A stretch of 58,621 bases of DNA, filler included, from Sphacelaria rigidula (lineage: Eukaryota), in the NCBI GenBank assembly GCA_964200075.2. It is 6 parts of 6 records of this genome, joined end to end, with 100 filler letters (N's around TTAATTAATTAA, not from the genome) between each part and the next. Parts side by side here need not be neighbours in the genome. Positions count along the whole stretch, not along the records: positions 48,936 to 58,621 come from CAXNAA020007966.1; 5 more parts are not named here. One strand, 5' to 3'. Each line of letters opens with the position of its first letter. Position 1 is the stretch's first letter. The notes under the pieces are model-generated. The model saw nothing but the letters and a program-made list of their open reading frames with translations. It was not told where the DNA came from and made no database searches. Positions 50,169 through 58,621 of this stretch are shown piece by piece. The translations under genes and the position numbers were made by a program.

Positions 50169-50687
50169 AACGATGTTTTCGCAAAATTAAGAGTTGAAGA
50201 TCCAATTGAGAGCGACCACTTCATTCGAACCGCGCTGACGGGGACCTTTTGAATTGTTCCACGACACTTTGGTTTGTAGTATATAACAAGAGGCTAGTGG
50301 ATCCTTTTTTGTCAGTGGTGGGTGTGCCTGATGAGCACCGTGTTGACCCAACTCTGCCACCACACTACAGCCTTGGCCAAGGGTAGCAGTGAGAAGGAAT
50401 CACTCCTTGAAGGTGATTCCGGCCCTACGCCCGCCGAAAATATCCTCCCCACGCCGTACCGACGAGACCGGTCATGGCCTTCGTTGGAGGATGGGAAACG
50501 GAGCAACACAAACTGTACTCGAACGTTGAGTAGATTGCAGGTTTGCTTCAAGGGTCCACTAGCCTCTTGTCATATACTACAAACCAAAGTGTCATGGAAC
50601 AGTTCAAAAGGTCCCCGTCAGCGCGGTTCGAATAAAGTGGTCGCTCTCAATTGGATCTTCAACTCTCAATTTCACGAAAACATTGTT
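50169..50687. mobile_element. MITE with ~140-bp TIRs, AAC..GTT termini, 4-bp TSD ACAA
   Basis: Near-perfect inverted arms 50169-50305 / 50550-50687; ACAA at 50165-50168 and 50688-50691. Confidence 0.8.
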
Positions 50688-51706
50688 ACAAATGCTATGT
50701 ATGGAAATCTGGAATTTGGATCGCCTCTGCTGTTCGAAATAAATCCTTTACAGTATGCCCAATTCCAAATTTGGAATCTGGCATAAGAGATTCATTTCGA
50801 ACAACACAGGCTGTACAAGTCCCATATACACTCCTCGCAGATGGAATTTGTAGACCAGAAGCTGTTCGAAATAAATCCTATTTTTAGCCCGCTAATAATA
50901 CCTGAAATTGGTGAAATAAAAAAATCAGGTGGGAGCCACTTCTGCTATTCAAGTCACAACAACACCACACAAAATAATTTTAGATTGAAAACGCGAAAAA
51001 ATCTCATCGCGGTTTATACTGTACTTTGATAGGGATATATAATCAAAACAATACACTGTATGTACTGGACTGTACAATACCATGCAGGACAGTGCCATAC
51101 CGTGCTCATACGCGCGGCGCCATATAACGTCAGGAACTGGAGTTCACTCGCGCGGTCTTGCAGCATATGCGCACAGCTGCAGCACAGTAAGTATGGCGTG
51201 AAAGGGAAGCGGGAAAAGTACCGTACAGACAGCGCAGGGCTATGTTTGTATACGTTCTCTGTCTAAAGTGACGTAAAAAGGACTTGAACAACGTGCAGCT
51301 TTGTACGGCCTGCACTGTCCATGATGTGTGTGTATGCAATAAGCCGGTTATTCCCCACCATATATCCCGCGTGGTTCCGTCGCCGCGCGATGCCGCGATC
51401 ATGAAAGAAGATTCTCAAGTTTTCACCAACAAGAAATACACCATACCCAACCGCGACCATGTGTATTTATATCCCTGTGCCCAACTCGTGCTCTTTGCGG
51501 CAGGGTTATGGTGGTAGCTGGGAATAAGTGTTGTTGGGTTTGCATGGTTCGGTCTGTGAACGGCGGGTAATATATACTTTCGGGTGATGGTCTATACTTG
51601 ACAAGATTGCTGGTGTCCCAAAGGTGCCCTGCAGGTAGTTGAGACACAAATGTCGTCCAGAGGTTTGATGTAGTGCAAACTCCAGAGGTAAATTTACACC
51701 CTGGAG

Positions 51707-52346
51707 CAAGGGTCTGTCGAGAAAACCTTTTCGGGCACGGACGCCCCCCCCCCCGCTCCCCCCCTGCCGGAGGGGAATTTCCCGAAAAATATCATATCTA
51801 CATTTTTTTCGTGTGATTGTCTTTTTTATTTTTTCATGTTGTTGATAACAATTGGTCGATAAACACTGACAAAAACCAAAAAGTCTGGCTGGTGGGCTTT
51901 GCGAGGTTAGTAGATTTGCTTCTGCTCCTTGCCCACCCTGTCCCGATGACCTCGGATGTCGGCGACGCTCACACACATCTACATACAATACACGAGCGCA
52001 AGGTGGCGACAGCCTGTAGCTAAAGTAGCAACATTATCCCACGCCATGCCAAATCTGCCCTGACTACTGGTGGTAGGTAGTCGAGGCACACGACACGCAA
52101 CAGGATCCCATCATTGTAATCATGGTAGGTGCAATGAGCTTGGAGCGGCGGTGTGTTCATCATCTCAGCGGCCTCCATGCCAACGATCTTTGTACACAAC
52201 ATCTGACCGCATTCGCCAACGCCTCGGCGATAAACTAGGGGACAGCAGGCGAGGTGTCGCCCCCCCCTTCCTACCCCCCCCTCAAAAACTCGAGTTTTCG
52301 ATCTTGGGGCCTACGTGTCCAGAAATATTGTTTTGGCAGACCCTTA
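51707..52346. mobile_element. hAT-like non-autonomous element
   Basis: CAAGGGTCTGTCGAGAA ... TTTTGGCAGACCCTTA; flanked by an imperfect duplication (c/t)CTGGAG. Confidence 0.6.
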
Positions 52347-52611
52347 TCTGGAGAGCATTGTTTCTCCAAATTCTCCCAGAGGTACCCTCAATAGAGGTAT
52401 GTGCCCAAGGGAATCAATCATATGCCCTTCAGAGGATCCGTTTTATGACCGCACCTGGAGATAAAATAACCTCTCGAGAGAATATTTTATCCTCCAGAGG
52501 GTCATTTTCCCTCGAGAGGATGAAAGCCGCGATAGAGGATTCTCAAACACGAGCCGAATGGCCGCGTGTGTAATCACCCGGAAGAAGGTTTTTAGAATTG
52601 GTTTTGAGGAC

Positions 52612-52869
52612 TAAAGCCTCTGCCAGACGATCTGGATAAGAGGACTTTCAACGAGGGAGTCCTCCAGTATCACTGGCCTCGTGCTCGACAAGTCCTTTCT
52701 TCTAGCTTGTTATTATCACGGAGTGATCCTCAACGGATCACATCACGAGCAAGACAGCAAGGGGCCACACAGAAAAGGGCCATCAATCCTGGATCCCCTG
52801 TCCCTTGCCACTGCTTCAACCATGCATGTGACTATACTGAAACCTACGGCTTGGTATCATTTGGCTACG
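52612..52869 (-). repeat. 3' LTR
   Basis: Diverged direct repeat of 58096-58356. Confidence 0.9.
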
Positions 52870-55800
52870 GCACTCTCAAAAGCGAGTTCAAGACATACGA
52901 ACAAGCTTGACAACCAACAAAAACCAAGGCGAAATCGCAGGCGCCAGATCACAAAGAAATACCATACCCCGACGCTAATTTACTTGTCAGCGCCCAAGTC
53001 AACCGCAGTTTACGCAGTTCCTCCTGAACAAATTTCAGGCGCAGAAGAATGAATCTTGCGAAGAGACTCCCGCGTACGTTCTTCAGCACCGAACCCATCC
53101 CAATCGACTAAAATGATGGCATCACCATTGTCATCCCCAGCGACGTGCACCAAAGCATTCATCCGGCATTCACCGTGAGCATATGAATGCTAGAATACAT
53201 CATTGTTTCCGCAGTGATGTGCAGGAGCAAGTCAGTGTAGAAACGCAAACGAGCGACATGGGCCGAGTGCATGGCGCCAAAAACAATGTTCTGCACCGAA
53301 TACACGCGAGCGTAATCGGCTCCGACCACTCGCCACCGACCTGTCCACGTGGACACCAATTTGGGTGTCACATCTTGCCTATGGACACGGGCATATAAGA
53401 CGAAATCCCCAACTGCAAACTTGGGCAACATTGCCTGGCCCTGAGCAAGCTCGCGTTTGGTTCCGCGAGACACTGCGACAGCAGCTTGCACTTCGTTACG
53501 AAACCGTACTTGCTCGTCAACCACGCCTCAAACCTTGTCACGCAACGTATCAGCATCCATAACATCGATGTTCCACTTGCCGCCAGTGACAGATGCCAGC
53601 GCGGAAAACGCTATACACGGCGCACGCCCAAACATCACACAATACGGAGTGTTACGGCAGCGTTCACGAAAAGAAGTATTCAACGCCCACTGAGTGGCTG
53701 GCAAACATCCATGCATTCAGACACCGGCCGTCTCTGTTCCGACAAAATGGACCGCAACGCACGAATAACCTCTTTCGCCATGCGTCTACAAGCACCATTC
53801 GACCAAGAGGTATACGCAACAGCATCTTGGTGTGTTGCACCTTGAGCGCGTCACTCAGCTGCGCGATCACTCGATTCTCCAAGTGCGTGGTGGTATCACT
53901 AACCCACACACGCGGCACCCCCAAAATCTTGCAGCAATGGAGCAAGTGCTTCGCCGCAAGCTCGGTGGTGCAAGTCTCGGTCGGCTCCAACCAAACAAAA
54001 TTGGACAAATCATCCATGATGACCAAAACGTACCAAGAACCATCCTCATCAGGCAAACCATTAGCACCTTCAGGTTCGCTACTTCCGACGTACAGAAAAT
54101 CAAAATGAACAACTTCACCTGGCGCTGTACCATGCACAGTATCGCCATACGGACGAGGTACAATCGCACCAGCACGAGTGTCTACACAATACAAACACTG
54201 GCGAACGAAGTCGCGAAGGTGGGAATCCATGTGCGACCACACACAGTATTCTTTCAAACGAAACGGAGTCGGCGCCACACCGCGGTGACCATCCGACCGC
54301 ATGTGAGCGCACACCATCAAGCGACTGTGCAGAGCCGTATAAATCGATGGAATTCGCAAAATATCACTACTACCAACACGCACGCGAAACAAACCATCGC
54401 CAGCCAAGGCAGCTTGACCGAACGTCGTAGGAAAATAATGAACACCGTCACCGACTGTTTTGCGCTGCACGGTACCAATGACATCTAACGAGGGCAGCTA
54501 ATCCTCGGCATCACACGGGCTGTGCACGGCAACAGAACGAACAGGCATGGTAGGAACCTTCACCCAGCGAGACAACAAATCTCCCCAACAACTGCGCTCT
54601 CCAGGAATATGTTCAATGGCATACCGATATTGACCGAGCAATCATTTCCAACTTTCGAGCCGTCACACCATGGCCTTCGTCACCGATGTGACACACTCTT
54701 CGGGGTTCAAAATGTATTTCAGATTGCGATGATCGGTGAAAATACGAACACCATCTCAAAGCAAGGACTCTAGCCTTTGAAATGTATTGACTGTCGCAAC
54801 ACCTTCTTTGTCCACTGTCGCCCACCCCAACTGTGAACCCTTGAGGCTACCAATTAGAAAGGCCAACGGTTCGTGTGACATGTTTTCGAGCGCAATATCA
54901 CTACCATACTCGGCGATGTGCACTTGCGTTAAAAAAACTACCCCAGAGGAAATCCGAAGCGTCTGGAAACATCAGAACAACGCACCTTGGACGAGGATGA
55001 TACAGCGGCACCGTTTGCACCACCAAATCTTGCGCAGCAGGCCATGTCCGCACACGATCCTCCGTCCAAGCGTCCTCCGGAATGATACGATTACGCGCCA
55101 CCCGCTTGATCCGATGCGAAGCCCCGACCATAACTTGTTCCAAAAATGCGCGAAGCGGCGCAACTCCTGCTTCCGCCATTCGCGGAAGCGAAGTCCGCAA
55201 CCAATTCACCGCCTGCAGAAACTGCGTCAGCTCACTGGCGGTTTCAGGAGGTCGCATATTGCTCAAACCTTGGATGCGAACGGGATCATGCGAAACAGTA
55301 CCTTTGGAGTACACCTTACCACATCATTCCACTTTGCGGGCAGAAAGGGGGCCCTTATGCGCAGCGACGAATGGACCAACACTCCCCAAGCGATCAAGAA
55401 TTTCGTCAAGCAAAGCTTACAATGCTGCTTCGGTCTCAGTGAAATAGAAAACGTCATCCACCCACACTTTACAGTTTAGACCTCGCAAAATGTCAGTCAG
55501 CACACTTTGAAAAATGCGCCGTGGTGTTTAACAAGCCCTGCGAGACATGAGTAGGCGCAAAAAACCCGTCAGGCGTGACGATCGTGAAGAACTCCTGAGC
55601 CTCCGGCGCCAGAGGCATCTGCCAATACCCCTACAGCAGGTCCAACTTGCCGAAGCATTGGGCTCCCAGCAACTTCCGCATGTCTTCTTGGCTTGGCATT
55701 ACCCCCGGAGACTGTTCCACTTGCGCGTTCATCGCCTGATAGTCGCTGACCAAACGTAATGTGTCTCTCTTCGGCACCGCCATCGCCGGACTCGCCCACA

Positions 55801-58095
55801 CAGCCTGGAGGTTCCAAACCACTAAACCAAACGCCACCAAAGCTACGATGCATGAGGCAAGCCACCCGGTCTTCACCGGATCGTAGCGTCGGGGCTTAGC
55901 CTTTACAGCCTTCGCCTGTGGCTTGATTTGCACCCTCATGGACTCCACGCGCGCTGGCGGGTCACCACGCAGCGCACGACGAAATGCATCCACTCGACGA
56001 GCCAAAATATCACGCAGACAATGTGCCCCATCGGCGCTCAGGCCCTTCTGCTCGGCCTGCTGCACCCTATCCTCTAGTGCACGTTCTCTTACACCTCTTT
56101 CGTCCGCTGGGTCCGTGAACATGTCGGGCTCCCGGCAGACCCGAGCGCTCCACCGCTTCATCCGCAGGAGCACCCTCCTCACTGGCGCTCTGGAAAGGCC
56201 GTATGGATACGGTCACATGCCTCGCAGCAAGATAGCTGGGGTTTTCCACGCCGGTTTGCACCGGCACAGCCCGCGGGCGTAACCGATCCAACGCTAGCGG
56301 ATACAAATCAATCCCGAGCTTCTTAATCGTCGCCATCGCAAACAAAACCACGTTGTTCCTGCCGAGCATGAGAGCAAAATTGATGGGCTGCACCTCCACA
56401 GCCCCCCACGGCGTACGCACGCTAACAGCAACCGGCACCCCTTTTTGTGTAATCGTCACGGGAGCACCCGTGGCGGTTTGTACCGTTTGTGGTCTATTCT
56501 CGAACGGAATCTGCAGCTGAACGCAGCCAAACTGCGAAGACACTAGTTATAGCAACCCCACATCGATCGACATGGGCGCGGACCCAGAATCCAGAATAAC
56601 GCGGGCCAGAAACGAACCTACGGAACCAGGTAAGGAACGATCTGCGCGTAAACATTCAGTCTTGCGATCGACAGGTACCACGCCTGCCGAAGAACCCTGG
56701 TCGGTACCAAGAGCCACCTGACGCCAGGGCTGCGCTCCAGCACTTGTCATCGATAACTGAGAATCGGCGGTCCACTCAGATCACGTCACCGAATATACAG
56801 ATGACGCTGTTACAGCCATCGCGGCAGTAGGAGATGAACCAGACACGGATCCTGTTTGGCTGAGGGGTTGCGGACTATTCGCTCCAGCACTCCCTGCCGA
56901 AGTATTTGCATTTCTCACGTACACTGTCCGCCCTGACACGGACGAACCATAAGATCCAGAGTCACCACCTGATCACGTAGTGGAAGACACAGCAGCGGAG
57001 GAACGACCATCCACCGCCGATTGCTTGCTACCGCGGCCGCCGCGCCCGCGTCCCTGGTTGGCACGGTCCCGTCCACCGTGACGACCGCCTCGAAGTCCTG
57101 ATGAATCTTGCGCGAGGCTTGGGGCAGTCCTCCATCAAGTTTCCTTTGTCATCGCCTCAGTTGTGACACGCGCGAGTGGACGACGCCTGCGAAGACGGTC
57201 GCTGTTTCTGTTTCTGTTGTTTGCGGCGTGCACCACCTGCACTTGCCGCAGAGTCGCGCCTGCCACGCGCCTCGATGAACTTCCACTGGTCGGCGGCATC
57301 AAATATGTTGTTGAACACCACCTTCGGATCCTTTTTCCAACCGTCAACATACGTTAGTACGCTTCTAACATACGCCTTGAATTCTGGGGGCGGAATCCCG
57401 TCCACCAAAGCTGTGGGAACCGACTCGGCCGGGCCCGGCAACCAGCTCCTGTTCTCCGCGCGGTACATGGCTTGCACCGTGAGGTTTTCTGCGAAAACCG
57501 TTTCCACCAATGAATTGACCATCATCGCTCGACCCTTGACGGATGTTCCACCGCTTTGCGGCATAGTAAGACATCTACGCAGTCTGCTGCAGCCCGCGCA
57601 GTGTTATGTTTGCTACCGGTTATGGTGTACCCGAAACATCTAGCAATTCGGCGGGGGCCATAGCCCTACGGTCCTCATACATGCCTTCAAAGCACCGGTG
57701 AATTTATGTTGAGATAAGTTGTCCGATGCTTACCCTGGCATGCCGTACGACTCCTTGTGCATTTGCTAGATATGCTGCACTCTTCATAATCAAGATATGC
57801 TGCGAAAAAAACGCGTAATGCCTCCTCGGTCCACACCTTACCATACTTTGGCGGGTCTAGCGGCTCACCTAACACCAGCGGCGCTGCCGCCGCTTGAGCC
57901 ATATCGTCTACGATTCACCACTTTACGGAGAGACTCTTGCCTGACCTGTGCGTCCTCCAGCCCTCGGAGCGTCCTCCATTGCTGTGCGCTTCAAGTTGTC
58001 TCTTTGCGTCTGCGGGTCAAAATGGCTTCCAGCTGCGACCCCTCCTCCTCAGTTAAACTCCTCCAACAGAGTGCCGAAAAGAAATACCTAGATAT

Positions 58096-58356
58096 TAAAG
58101 CCTTTGCCAGACGATCTGGATAGGATAACTTTTAACGAGGGAGTCCTCCACTATCAATGGCCTCGCGCTCGATAAGTCCTTTCTTCTATCTTGTTTTTAT
58201 TATCACAGGGTGACCCTCAACAGATCATATCACAAGCCAGACAGCAAGGGGCCACACAGAAAAGGGCCATCAATCCTGGACCACCTGTCCCCTGCCACTG
58301 CTCCAACCATGCATGCGATTATACTGAAACCTACAGCTTAGTATCATTCGGCTACA
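58096..58356 (-). repeat. 5' LTR (TGTAGCC...GGCTTTA)
   Basis: Direct repeat of 52612-52869; lies upstream of gag. Confidence 0.9.
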
Positions 58357-58457
58357 GGACTTCATTAATGGAATCTGCATCATATCGTTCCTTATTTCAA
58401 GTGAAAATGATGCAGATTCCAGATGGAGGGTTGATTACCAAATGACCCTATAACGCG

Positions 58458-58474
58458 AACCCTAACCCTAACCC
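58458..58474. repeat. Short interstitial telomere-like (CCCTAA)n
   Basis: aaccctaaccctaaccc. Confidence 0.45.
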
Positions 58475-58621
58475 CGACCATGGCAAAAGAGAGTCCTCGG
58501 GCACGGGGGGGTGTAGAGGATGTCTCAGGCACAGTGCACGTTGGCAAGACCTCAAATCGTGACGAAATATCGCCTACATGATGTGCTATGTAGTGATCAG
58601 CAGGATGATGACCGTTGACTG

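Larger units (their letters stand above)
49978..52570. mobile_element. Complete non-autonomous TIR element (CACACG family), TA-flanked, hosting two nested MITEs
   Basis: TA|CACACGTGGCCATTCGGCT ... AGCCGAATGGCCGCGTGTG|TA; cctcNagagg and gctgttcgaa sub-repeats. Confidence 0.82.
52612..58356 (-). mobile_element. Near full-length decayed Ty3/Gypsy chromovirus-like retrotransposon
   Basis: LTRs at 58096-58356 and 52612-52869; TSD GGAC. Gag 57902-57100, PR VILDSGS, RT FGKLDLL..KVWVDDVF, RH LMFPDAS, IN HFDFL/MDDLSNF/WVSDT, chromodomain ILVDWDGFGAEERT at ~53040-53120. Confidence 0.93.

Overview
Eukaryotic, repeat-dense window assembled from six contigs joined by artificial 100-bp spacers (N44-TTAATTAATTAA-N44). 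The host is inferred to be a stramenopile, probably a brown alga, from the WSC/PTPAPT/LRG-RDLQ protein, the intron style and the TTAGGG-like motifs. Most of the window is nested, decayed transposable elements: three Copia remnants, four members of one Ty3/Gypsy lineage, and many MITE/foldback DNA elements (Sola-like GAG..CTC, TA-flanked, hAT-like). One Gypsy copy is near full length at 52612-58356, with both LTRs, a TSD, a WVDD RT motif and a chromodomain. Three non-TE stretches stand out. (1) A spliced + strand gene at ~24755-29070 that the ORF track misses; its manually joined exons read as a TET/JBP-like 2OG-Fe(II) dioxygenase fused to a coiled coil and a protein kinase N-lobe, cut by a gap. 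(2) A heavily decayed AEP/PrimPol-like primase on the - strand at ~35250-36560, possibly endogenous viral. (3) A triplicated WSC-linked exon cassette at ~42150-48450. All protein assignments are by-eye motif recognition, not database hits.
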